A DNA stretch of 64,000 nucleotides from Eledone cirrhosa. Lineage: Eukaryota. Where the stretch lies: assembly GCA_964016885.1 (NCBI GenBank), contig OZ024754.1:14508001-14572000 (forward strand). The letters run 5' to 3'. The notes below the pieces were generated by a model. The model was not told where the DNA came from. It saw only the letters and a list, made by a program, of their open reading frames with translations, and made no database searches. A program made the position numbers and the translations under genes. Numbering within the stretch: the first letter of the stretch is position 1; every line of letters starts with the position of its first letter. Below, one piece after another: positions 29,255 to 41,361 of this stretch.

Positions 29255-29376
29255 TTATCTTTCCAACTCCAAAGAAAACCTGCTGTGTACTTCTTGTTGA
29301 CTAGGTTTTTGTTTCGTTTTAATGGCGTTGTCGAAGGAAGCGAGAAATTCCCATGAACTTTGCAGGCTTTCCGAAG
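29255..29376 (-). CDS. Candidate terminal coding exon of an unidentified host gene
   Basis: Acceptor ATTTCCCCCAG; phase-1 frame SESLQSSWEFLASFDNAIKTKQKPSQQEVHSRFSLELER*; phase-compatible with the upstream candidates. Confidence 0.45.
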
Positions 29377-29734
29377 CTGGGGGAAATTGATAATAAATAT
29401 ATCATGATAGCCACAGGGAAATGTTTCCCAAGAAATTAGATCATATTTCGAATAGTTAAAATCTAAAATTAAGGCACCACCTAAACCAGACATACAAATA
29501 AACATATATGACAACCATGATCAACGATAATTCTACATAATCGGTTGACCTGCTAGAAATAGCAGCCGAATTTCAATCAAACTATATTCCACCGTCGTGC
29601 ATATAGCGATATCAAAGATTACATACAACGATATCTGAAACAAAATTCTTTTCCTCGTGTATATATATATATTTCACCGCTCCAAATAATGAGGTATTAT
29701 ATTCGTTTTTCCCCCGTTTTTTGCCAGGGAACGT

Positions 29735-29900
29735 TTCCACGAACCAAAGTATCGTCCTTCTGTCTTCCTCCGGTTGCAACGTTTTTTGAAATATTCACTT
29801 CTGCGTTCACAGATTGACTTTGTTAGTTTCAGAAGATCCCGTTAAGGGTGAAAGCAGCGATTCTTTGCTTAAACTTTAATCTGTTATTTTAATAAATATA
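29735..29900 (+). mobile_element. Helitron internal fragment
   Basis: Shares GAAGATCCCGTTAAGGGTGAAAGCAGCGATTCTTTGC with the Helitrons at 31660-32616 and 56005-57311. Confidence 0.75.
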
Positions 29901-29954
29901 TATATAGCATAAATATGGTTTTATAAATATAGTTTCCATTTATTAATATCATCA

Positions 29955-30026
<72 letters not shown>

Positions 30027-30396
30027 TTTACATATATATATACATACACATACATATACGTGTTTTGCAACTGGTCACTTTTTGGCTCAATGAAAAATTA
30101 ATAAATTAAACAATCAGAGCTATATATCATAAAACATGTCTATAGAATCACAAGATAAAATATATACTATTTCCTCTCCCAATTAGCATAATTAACTATA
30201 TAAAAAATCGAATAGACCAGGCCATACGAATGAGGCTTCTATGAAGGAATCTCCAACAAATAACCAAAACTAGCGCTTCGCGTCGGCCGCATTGGAATAT
30301 TTATCGAATATTTCGACAGCGTAATCGCCTAGATACAGTCAACTAAGCAGAATTAGGTTTAAAATAAACTAGGAGAAAATAGAATACACTTAAATA

Positions 30397-30483
30397 CCTC
30401 TACCATGGTTTCGTCCGTGTTTTGAGTTATCCAATAATTATGTAATAATTATATAAACTCGAGCGCCGGATTCTTCAGGAAGC
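30397..30483 (-). ncRNA. Type I hammerhead ribozyme with long stem II
   Basis: Minus strand reads CTTC-CTGAAGA-A TCCG...GAGTT...AACTC...CGGA C-GAAA-CCATGG-TA-GAGG: palindromic stem III ACCATGGT, GUA triplet; 5' fold-back at 30498-30577. Confidence 0.8.
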
Positions 30484-30623
30484 TCGCTCATATCTAGACA
30501 TTAAATTTCCAAAACGATCGCGCCAAGAATTCATTTCAAAATGGCTAATGGCGCGATCGTTTTGGAAATTTAATGTTTCTTTTGCAATATATATACAGAT
30601 GTGTTGGTATCTGTGTTTCATCA

Positions 30624-30676
<53 letters not shown>

Positions 30677-30777
30677 CCCCATGTGCTTTTTCATAACTAC
30701 ACATGTTGGCGAACTAGCCAGTTTTAGAATTCCCTTTTTCGGATTATAATACTGTGAGAGCCCTGGTTTTCGGCTGA

Positions 30778-30846
30778 GCTCTGCTGATGAATGAAATCCA
30801 ACCGTGACCATCTCCACTGAAATAGTCTTTTAAGACTATACAGAGC
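30778..30846 (+). ncRNA. Type I hammerhead ribozyme with full stem III
   Basis: GCTCTG-CTGATGA-[decayed stem II]-GAAA-TAGTCTT tt AAGACTA-TA-CAGAGC: 6-bp stem I, 8-bp stem III, AUA triplet. Confidence 0.8.
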
Positions 30847-32136
30847 ATTTGATGTTATTCCAAATTGAAGGATAAGTGTTTTGAACTTTATTTTATCATG
30901 AGTTAAAGGTCTATTGATTTTTCCCTGGATTGCACTAAATTCTGTGGATGAATTTGTATCCTGATTCTCTTTTGAGATGAGTTTAAATTATTTTTCCTAA
31001 ATCTTACGTTAACTACTTTTCCCATCTTGACGTTATAGTCGCATATATGTTATAGAATGCCGTTAGCTTCTCGCTAAAACAATCTCTATACCTCTCATTT
31101 ATATATATATATATATATTTTTGAGTTGTCACCCTTGTGTTTGTGTTGTTCAGTTAATCCCTGATCAACAATGTTTACCTCGATAAGGTTATTCTTTGGT
31201 TTAAATCACCCTGCTCGCTACATTAACTATGTTTGCACTTCATTGTTCTATATAAGTTTGGCCACCCAATTCCAACTCCTTAATAAATGTTGTTGCATAT
31301 ATACGAATCTCCCTCTTCCTTACAAATGACTGTCAGAAGATATGGAACTTTTGTCGACATACAGACTTACTACTAGATAACACATGATATGCTTGACATC
31401 ATTTACAACCACAAAAATGAAAATAATGTATAAATAATAATTGACGTAACAACACCGAATCACTACAATGTTATACAGAAGGTAACTGAAAAGATAGAAA
31501 ATGACACTTAATGAATTGAAGACAATATGACAGTTAGGGAATGTGTCCATCATCTCATTTGTAATTGATGCAGTTGGAATGATATACATTCATGTCTGTA
31601 AAGATATCATCGTGTTATTTATAAAGATAGAGACAAGAGTAAAAAAAAATATATATATATCTAAAATAGAGAATGTCTGTCTGTCTGTCAGCTCCCTAAA
31701 ACTCGAGACCCACCCAACCGATTGTTTTCAAACTTTACACATGTAATACTTATGGTCCTGTGAGTGTTTTGAGCAAAAGATATTTCAAATGTTCAATGCC
31801 CTAGGGACCGCATTAGGCGATTTAGCGATCTCTCTCTATAATTCTTAGTCTTTCTTTTTAGATAGATACATAGATATAACGTTACGCCCTTATAATATCT
31901 GTCTGTACGTCTGGCTGTCTGCATTACGACATTATGACGCTGTGTGTGTGTGTGTATATATATGTATATATAGTGTGTATATATATATTATATAGTGTGT
32001 AACGTTTTTCGAAATATTTACTTCTGCGTTCACAGATTGATTTTTTTAGTTTCAGAAGATCCCGTTAAGGGTGAAAGCAGCGATTCTTTGCTTAAACTTT
32101 AATCTGTTATTTTAATATATATATATATATATATAT

Positions 32137-32447
32137 GTAGGAGGTGAGTTTTATTGTAGTACAATAAATCAATGCAGATATCGGATAAGAAGCACTCTAC
32201 AGTTTGTAGGACTGGAGTATACATAATATAAGATCAAAAGATGGTTAAAGGAGTTCCATGTATTTTATTATGCGCATTTCAAAAACAAACATCATCATGC
32301 AATAATATTTGTGTTTTCATCAGATAAAACAGGAGAACATGATATGAAGGCTAAAAAACACTTGTGGATAGTGCAGTTTTAAATCAACATAATATGTTGA
32401 TTTAAAACTGCACTATCCACAAGTGTTTTTTAGCCTTCATATCATGT
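32137..32447 (-). mobile_element. HHR element with perfect 54-bp 5' fold-back, inserted in the Helitron's (TA)n
   Basis: Arms at 32337-32390 and 32394-32447; absent from the paralogous Helitron site at about 56165-56180. Confidence 0.85.
32263..32329 (-). ncRNA. Type I hammerhead ribozyme
   Basis: Minus strand reads TTTTAT-CTGATGA-[AAACACAAATATTAT...GATGTTTGTTTTT]-GAAA-TGCGCA-TA-ATAAAA: palindromic stem III ATGCGCAT, AUA triplet. Confidence 0.82.
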
Positions 32448-32904
32448 ATATATATATATATATATAATTATATATTCGTGTACAGATATGTTTGCATACA
32501 CAATAACAAAATATAAACAAACGTATTTATTTCACGAGGCTCGATAGGGATAAATATATATCAAATATATAAGAACCCTAGAGAAAATCCCGAGCAACGC
32601 CGGGCCGTTCTGCTAGTAAACACTAAAGCTGAGAATTGGCAGTTTTTAGGGCGTCATATTAATGATTCTTCTGTATTTGGTACAGGAGATCAACTTTGTC
32701 TTTCATCCTCTGGGGGCTACCTCCCTTCTTACAACCATAGGCGCTGAGCTGGTGAACCGCGGGTGTGAGCCTCGGAGGATAGTAAGGGAGATGGATCTTC
32801 CAACGTATATCTCTCTTACCATCCTCCGGGGGAACGCCTTCTCTGTTCTGTCGCCGGGGTCGTGAGGTTACCAGCACGTGGGATTCCATTTGATCATAAA
32901 AGTG

Positions 32905-35638
32905 AAAGATGGGGAGTGCGTGAGAGGCGGAGGCGATGACAGTGGGTGTTTGGCTCCTCTGTGTTCGGACCTGGTGTACATGAAAGATGGGGAGTGCGTG
33001 AGAGGCGGAGGCGATGGCAGTGGGAGTTTGGCTCCTCTGTTTTCGGACCTGGTGTACTTGAGAGATAGGGAGTGCGTGAGAGGCGGAGGCGATGACAGTG
33101 GGTGTTTGGCTCCTCTGTGTTGGGACCTGGTGTACATGAGAGATGGGGAGGGCGAGAGAGACAGAGGCGATGACAGTGGGAGTTTGGCTCCTCTGTGTTG
33201 GGACCTGGTGTACATGAGAGATGGGGAGGGCGAGAGAGACGGAGGTGATGACAGTGGGAGTTTGGCTCTTCTGTGTTGGGACGTGGTGTACATGAGAGAT
33301 GGAGAGAGCGGGAGAGATGGAGGCGATGACAGTGGGAGTTTGGCTCTTCTGTGTTGGGACGTGGTGTACATGAGAGATGGGGAGTGCGTGAGAGGCGGAG
33401 GCGATGACAGTGGGAGTTTGGCTCTTCTGTGTTGGGACGTGGTGTACATGTATGTGATAGAGAGGGCGAGAGAGACAGAGGCGATGACAGTGGGTGTTTG
33501 GCTCCTCTGTGTTGGGACCTGGTGTACATGAGAGATGGAGAGAGCGGGAGAGATGGAGGCGATGACAGTGGGAGTTTGGCTCCTCTGTGTTGGGACCTGG
33601 TGTACTTGAGAGATGGGGAGGGTGAGAGAGAGACGAAGGCGATGACAGTGGGAGTTTGGCTCCTCTGTGTTGGGACCTGGTGTACATGAGAGATGGAGAG
33701 GGCCAGAGAGAGACGGAGGCGATGACAGTGGGAGTTTGACTCTTCTGTGTTGGGACCTGGTGTACTTGAGAGATGGAGAGGGCGAGAGAGATGGAGGCGA
33801 TGACAGTGGGAGTTTGGCTCCTCTGTGTTGGGACCTGGTGTACATGAGAGATGGAGAGGGCGAGAGAGACGGAGGCGATGACAGTGGGAGTTTGGCTCCT
33901 CTGTGTTGGGACCTGGTGTACATGTATGTGATGGAGAGGGCGAGGGAGACGGAGGCGATGACAGTGGGTGTTTGGCTCCCCTGTGTTGGGACCTGGTGTA
34001 CTTGAGAGATGGGGAGGGCGTGAGAGGCGGATGCGATGACAGTGGGTGTTTGGCTCCCCTGTGTTGGGACCTGGTGTACTTGAGAGATGGGGAGGGCGAG
34101 AGAGACGGAGGTGATGACAGTGGGAGTTTGGCTCTTCTGTGTTGGGACGTGGTGTACTTGAGAGATGGGGAGTGCGTGAGAGGCGGAGGCGATGACAGTG
34201 GGAGTTTGGCTCTTCTGTGTTGGGACGTGGTGTACATGAGAGATGGAGAGAGCGGGAGAGATGGAGGCGATGACAGTGGGAGTTTGGCTCCTCTGTGTTG
34301 GGACCTGGTGTACTTGAGAGATGGGGAGGGTGAGAGAGAGACGAAGGCGATGACAGTGGGAGTTTGGCTCCTCTGTGTTGGGACCTGGTGTACATGAGAG
34401 ATGGAGAGGGCCAGAGAGAGACGGAGGCGATGACAGTGGGAGTTTGACTCTTCTGTGTTGGGACCTGGTGTACTTGAGAGATGGAGAGGGCGAGAGAGAT
34501 GGAGGCGATGACAGTGGGAGTTTGGCTCCTCTGTGTTGGGACCTGGTGTACATGAGAGATGGAGAGGGCGAGAGAGACGGAGGCGATGACAGTGGGAGTT
34601 TGGCTCCTCTGTGTTGGGACCTGGTGTACATGTATGTGATGGAGAGGGCGAGGGAGACGGAGGCGATGACAGTGGGTGTTTGGCTCCCCTGTGTTGGGAC
34701 CTGGTGTACTTGAGAGATGGGGAGGGCGTGAGAGGCGGAGGCGATGACAGTGGGTGTTTGGCTCCTCTGTATTGGGACCTGGTGCACATGAGAGATGGGG
34801 AGGGCGAGAGAGACAGAGGCGATGACAGTGGGAGTTTGGCTCCTCTGTGTTGGGACCTGGTGTACATGAGAGATGGGGAGGGCGAGAGAGACGGAGGTGA
34901 TGACAGTGGGAGTTTCGCTCTTCTGTGTTGGGACGTGGTGTACATGAGAGATGGGGAGTGCGTGAGAGGCGGAGGCGATGACAGTGGGAGTTTGGCTCTT
35001 CTGTGTTGGGACGTGGTGTACTTGAGAGATGGAGAGGGCCAGAGAGAGACGGAGGCGATGACAGTGGGAGTTTGACTCTTCTGTGTTGGGACCTGGTGTA
35101 CTTGAGAGATTGAGAGGGCGAGAGAGAGATGGAGGCGATGACAGTGGGAGTTTAGCTCCTCTGTGTTGGGACCTGGTGTACTTGAGAGATGGAGAGGGTG
35201 AGAGAGATGGAGGCGATGACAGTGGGAGTTTGGCTCCTCTGTGTTGGGACCTGGTGTACATGAGAGATGGAGAGGGCGAGAGAGACGGAGGCGATGACAG
35301 TGGGAGTTTGGCTCCTCTGTGTTGGGACCTGGTGTACATGTATGTGATGGAGAGGGCGAGGGAGACGGAGGCGATGACAGTGGGTGTTTGGCTTCCCTGT
35401 GTTGGGACCTGGTGTACTTGAGAGATGGGGAGGGCGTGAGAGGCGGAGGCGATGACAGTGGGTGTTTGGCTCCTCTGTATTGGGACCTGGTGCACATGAG
35501 AGATGGGGAGGGCGTGAGAGGCGGAGGCGATGACAGTGGGAGTTTGGCTCGTCTGTGTTCGGACCTGGTGTACTTGAGAGATGGGGAGGGCGTGAGAGAC
35601 GGAGGCGATGACAGTGGGTGTTTGGCTCCTTTGTGTTC
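32905..35638. repeat. 78-bp tandem satellite, ~35 units, with 708-bp higher-order repeat
   Basis: Unit GAGATGGGGAGGGCGAGAGAGACGGAGGCGATGACAGTGGGAGTTTGGCTCCTCTGTGTTGGGACCTGGTGTACATGA; variant ORF starts recur at 33667/34375/35083 and 33903/34611/35319. Confidence 0.95.
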
Positions 35639-36390
35639 TCATATTGACATATTTATCAGTAAAAGGTAAGGGGGAACAGTCAAACAATTCATCTGTGTTT
35701 ATTTGGTCTTCGTTAGCTAAAGCCAGACCTCTCGGTGTGGATAAATAAATTATCAATCCAGTGTTCGGGAACGATTCTTTCTCTCGAAGAAATCGGTTGT
35801 GTCTGATCTGAAGAGGGATGGGCTCCGTCAGGTTTTTAATGCCCAAGACGCTGTGTATACTGACGGTGCTCTCACTACCACCGTTACTACCACCACCCAT
35901 ATACCACTACCACCATCCATACACCACTACCACCACTCCTCGACCAACACCACTGCCACCACTACTATCACCCCTGCACCAACACCACCCCCTCATCCAT
36001 CCACCATTGCCGCCACCACCACCACCACCACCACCACCACTATCCCCCAACCATCCACTAGTACCACCCCCCACTCCCCCAACCTCACATGCCACCACTA
36101 TTTTCACCCGTCCTCCAACACCACCACTACCCCCAACCCATCCATCACCACCCCTCCTCGACACCGCCACTACCCCCCAACCCACCACCACCCACTCTCC
36201 CAACACCACCATCAAACACTACCATCAACACCAGCGCCCTCTGTTGGTAGTGTTCCCTAACTACAATATGATAAGTCTCTTAAAATAAAGTATTTATAAA
36301 TAAAAATCTTATTTTACTTTTTAGTTGGGTGTGAAGGAGAAAGAGAAGACAAGCACTAAGATATATACTGCAGAGAACACTGCATTTTAT

Positions 36391-37090
36391 TGTGGTTGTT
36401 GTTGTGGTTGTTGTGGTCGTTGTGGTTGTGGTTGTTGTGGTTGCTGTGGTTGTTGTTGTGATTGTGGTTGATGTTATTGTAGTTGGTGTTGATGTAGATA
36501 TTCCTGTTACTCTTGTAATTGTGTTTAATGTGCTTGTTGTTGTTATAGTTGTTGTTGTTCTTACTGTTGTTGTTGTTATAGTTGTTGTTGTTATACTTGT
36601 TGTTGTTGTTGTTATAGTTGTTGTTGTTGATGTTATAGCTGTTGTTGTTGTTATAGTTGTTGTTGTTGTTATAGTTGTTGTTGTTATAGTTGTTGTTGTT
36701 ATAGTTGTTGTTATAGTTGTTGTTGTTGTTATAGTTGTTGTTGTTGATGTTATAGCTGTTGTTGTTGTTATAGTTGTTGTTGTTATAGTTGTTGTTGTTG
36801 TTATAGTTGTTGTTGTTATAGCTGTTGTTGTTGTTACTGTGGTTGTTGCTGTTGCTGTTGCTGTTGTTCTTACTGTTGTTGTTGTTGCTGTTGCTGTTGT
36901 TCTCACTGTTGTTGTTGTTGTTATAGTTGTTGTTGTTATAGTTGTTGTTGTTGTTATAGTTGTTGTTGTTGATGTTATAGCTGTTGTTGTTGTTATAGTT
37001 GTTGTTGTTATAGCTGTTGTTGTTATAGTTGTTGTTGTTGATGTTATAGCTATTGTTGTTGTTATAGTTGTTGTTGTTATAGCTGTTGCG
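36391..37090. repeat. (GTT)n/ATA trinucleotide array
   Basis: Directly visible. Confidence 0.95.
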
Positions 37091-37400
37091 TTATTTTCTG
37101 ACAGAATACAAATAAAAAAAGGTTATCAATCAAGGAAAGAGGGGAGCAAAAGAGAGGAGGGAGGAGGAGGGTATCTGGAGATGGATGAGGAGGGTGAGCT
37201 AGAGAAAGGGTGAAGAGTGGTGGAGGGGGATGGAAGGGTTAAAAAAAAAGTAAAAGAGAGGCTGGAAATGTTTTATGAGGGTCGAGATGACGGTTGTGGC
37301 TGGGTGTAGGCTAAAATAAGGTCTCGGGGTAGCAGCTATTCAAACCATTCTACTATATTACACATTGCATATACGCACGAACACACACACACACACACAA

Positions 37401-37500
<100 letters not shown>

Positions 37501-37550
37501 ACACACACACACAGATATACATACAACTGTATATATATATATATATATAC

Positions 37551-37596
<46 letters not shown>

Positions 37597-37598
37597 GT

Positions 37599-37639
<41 letters not shown>

Positions 37640-37660
37640 TACGCACACACACACACAGAG

Positions 37661-37731
<71 letters not shown>

Positions 37732-37797
37732 AATTTAGGAATTTATAAATTTCTGGTTGGTTGGTTGGTTCCACAACCAGATAGTTGTTTATATATT

Positions 37798-37840
37798 GTC
37801 AAAGTTCTTTCGTCACACATTCTGTGACCTCTTCAGTGAC
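37798..37840 (-). ncRNA. Minimal type I hammerhead ribozyme
   Basis: Minus strand reads GTCA-CTGAAGA-G GTCAC agaatgt GTGAC-GAAA-GAAC-TT-TGAC; lies in a ~170-bp element between (TA)n tracts. Confidence 0.82.
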
Positions 37841-37891
37841 TGGGGATTCTTTTCTTTTGTTTTTGTGCCTCTCCTTTGTTCTGTCCTACGC

Positions 37892-37936
<45 letters not shown>

Positions 37937-38174
37937 TTTTGCGAGGTTTTTGATATGAAATCGTGTGTCGAAACAAATATTGTTATACTTGGGGAGGGTC
38001 ATATTTGTGTAATAATAATAGTTTCTACTTTAGGCACAAGGCCAGCAATTACTCAGTGCATTACTGGTACTTTATTTTATCGACCCCGTAAGGATATAAT
38101 AATATTGCCAGAATTAATAACAGAATATAATATTAATTCTGGCAATATTATTACACAAATATGACCCTTCCCAA

Positions 38175-38225
<51 letters not shown>

Positions 38226-38228
<3 letters not shown>

Positions 38229-38835
38229 TGGCTGCCAACTCGTTTTCGAGTACGGCCACTACTTTATATCTATGTAGGAGAACCCCTACTGATGCGCTGA
38301 ACGAGTGTGACTTTTTAGTCTCAGCCAGTGACTTGAAAACTCTGGTACAAACACTACACTTGTGACAATTATTGTCACATAGTGCTGGGCCCATGGTACC
38401 ATGTGACGACAAGTTCAGAGAGATCTCCAGATACAAAGCAATGCCTGTGCCGTGAAGCTTTTATAGTGAGCAAAGGCACTGCACAAAGCCAGTCCCACTC
38501 TCTTAACTAAGATGATATTTACCAAAAAGAAGAACAAGTCAACATCATTAGATACCATCAGGGTTGCAGGTGTTATATCAGAGTTTTCCTTCTCCTAGAA
38601 TTCTGCCTTGACAAAGGCTAAGGGGTCATCTCTCCCGGTGATTTTGGATGGTCATTGACTCTTAAGAGTTCCTTTGCCCTTTGACAGGTTTTGTTTTTAG
38701 TCCTGCAGGATGTCCAAAGTCACCCTCCTCACCAAGAAACCTTGGTGGGGTTGCCAGTTTAGTCGCCAACGACCCGACCATGGGACAGGTTGTACTGGGA
38801 TACATGTTACCAGTAGCACCAACTGGTGACCTGAC
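38226..38835 (-). mobile_element. ~610-bp non-autonomous RTE-related element (family E)
   Basis: Reverse complement of 52496-53103 with the same ends; partial copy at 40453-40607. Confidence 0.85.
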
Positions 38836-39780
38836 ACACACACACACACATACAAGTTCCCACATTAACCCCACCATAGCACTAAATTAGCACAGCTGTA
38901 ACCACAACCACCAACATCAGGATGTGGTCGCTCGACCAATCTGAAATAACAGCGAAATATCCTCGCATTACAGCCCTTTTCCTGCTTAATCAGGAAGGGG
39001 GTGTTACGCCGATGATCGTTTTTTTTTTCTTTTATTTCAGGGACCCCAAACAGTTTTGAAGAAGGGACAAAGTTATCTACGAATCAAAAAGTTATCTACA
39101 AATGCTTGCAACAGAGAGGACCTCATTAAAGGTTCCTAACGACCATATGATGGCTTTAAAATAGGGCGACTGATGATGTTTATCACTTAAAAACGAAATA
39201 ACGCAGAAGATAAATTACCGAAACAAACACCACAAGGCACTTAGTCTGACACTCAAACAATCACGCCAATTCTTCCCTGGACTGGTACTTTATTTCTATA
39301 TTTTATCGACTGTGAAAGTATGAAAGAATGAAAGTGAAAGACTTGAGAAAAATACCGCCAATACAGACAGTTATAACGAATTTCATTCACTCTTCTCGTT
39401 TTATTCTTTATATCTGTTGGGCCACAAATTATTGTAGCCTTAAAATAACCTTTCTAGTTTTTTTTTATTTTTCAACTTTAGCAAGCATTTTAGTTTCAGA
39501 GCCTTTCTGAAATTGGGAAGGTCTGGCCATTTACAGAGAACACACATTGTTGGCATTGATTCAAATTGAATATATATATACAAATATATACAAATATAAT
39601 TTCAGCGAGATCGGATTTCGGCTGTGGTCGAAAACAAAGCGAAACGCAATTTCCGAGTTATGCTGGCAAGCGCTCCATGGACCAAATAAAGACATAAGTT
39701 ATAAAGGCCAAACAAACTAAGATGGCGGTCAAGAAGCCATCAACCACCTAAGCCAAAAAGAACGAGGCAAGCCAAACTAT

Positions 39781-39819
<39 letters not shown>

Positions 39820-39924
39820 ATAAATGGTTTGCCTCTAGCGCAATGTCTTTGATTATAAGTTCGCTCAATCAAAGTTGACTTCTCTAATTCACTGGAAGAA
39901 ATCGACTGTCTTTAGACATATATA

Positions 39925-40404
39925 TGAATAAAGTTAGTCCTTCATCAGTGATCTTCCAACCTTCATTGGTATTTCATAGCTTTAAAGACCATATACCTCC
40001 GGTTGGTGCGAGCAACGGCTAAAGAAAGTCGTTGGGACACGTCAATAGGGGGAACGAGCGAGACAGTAAACAATCAAAGATGGTAATGCAACGAAAAGTG
40101 ACCAGGTCGTATGGTCTTTATTCTCTCTCGTCTACGATTTCACAGAACTTATGTTCATCGATTTCAGGGACTTGACTCCTTCTTCCTCACTTTTCGTTGC
40201 ATTACCATCTTTGATTGTTTACTGTCTCGCTCGTTCCCCCTATGTACGTGTCCCAACGACTTTCTTTCGCCGTTGCTCACACCAACCGGAGGTATATGGT
40301 TTTTAAAGCGATGAAATACCAAAGAAGGTTGGAAGATCACTGATGAAGGACTAAATTTGTTCATATGTAACCCTTTTGCAACCACGCAGCACGCCATGTT
40401 TTCA

Positions 40405-40408
<4 letters not shown>
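39925..40408. mobile_element. Family B element as an inverted pair
   Basis: 39925-40100 is inverted at about 40190-40365. Confidence 0.8.
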
Positions 40409-40455
<47 letters not shown>

Positions 40456-41361
40456 TGGCTGCCAACTCGTTTTCGAGTACGGCCATTACTTTATATCCAT
40501 GCAGGAGAACCCCCACCGATGCGCTGAGGAGCGTGACCCTCCAGTCCAGCCAGCGACCCGAAAACCCTGGTACAAACACTACACCTGTGACAACCATTGA
40601 CACATAGTATATATATATATATACATACACTATCTCAGCAACTCCCCTTACTACGAATACCATACACCCAACGAATCATTAAACAAATGTACAACCTAAA
40701 AACAATCATAAACTCCATAGTACATAACATCGCCCGTAGATTGTCCTACTATAGAAATTAGTATGAACTGAAGTAACAACTATATCTCTGTAGTATATAC
40801 TATGTCATATATAGGGAGATTTAGCTGCCCACGCAGTCGCGAAAACCAAACACTCTCTTATTCCTATCTCCATTGATCTAGCGTAGGGGATCTACACGTG
40901 GGCGCTACCAGCTCTTCGGGGGCGTTGAGAAGTTTCTGGGGCGCTGGGGCCTAAAGAGGCGGTAGAGGGGGTAATACATGATATAATAGTATATTAAATA
41001 TCAAATGATACATATTGTATATAATTATAGTAAAATAAAAAAAACATATTTATTTATACATAGTATATAGTATATATTATTCATTATATTTAAATTAACA
41101 ATTTATATATAATAAATTATTTACAATTTGCTTGTGGACAGGCTTCTCTGGAAATAGGGATATGGGCACTGAGGTTATTACGTGGATCTAGCGGAACATT
41201 GATGGTGTGACAGCTGGAAGGAGAGAAAACTACACAAGCAGTTGGCTCGTACTTTGATAACCAGCTCTGATAGAATGAAGGGCAAAGTACTCACAGAGCC
41301 AGAACAAATATCCTTTGCTTTAGCGATTCTGTCAAATCTATTCAACATACATGTTAATTAA

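Larger units (their letters stand above)
31660..32616 (+). mobile_element. Non-autonomous Helitron
   Basis: 5' A|TC...AATGTCTGTCTGTCTG; 3' hairpin CCCGAGC aac GCCGGG followed by CTAG|T. Confidence 0.85.

Noticed and set aside
32659-35900. 578-1010 aa ORFs as a repetitive structural protein gene
   Set aside because: Several frames on both strands are open because the 78-bp unit lacks stops, and unit indels shift frames freely; it behaves as a satellite.
39440-39526. Additional minus-strand exon (DLPNFRKALKLKC...)
   Set aside because: Weak acceptor, early stop and an A-run; not supportable.
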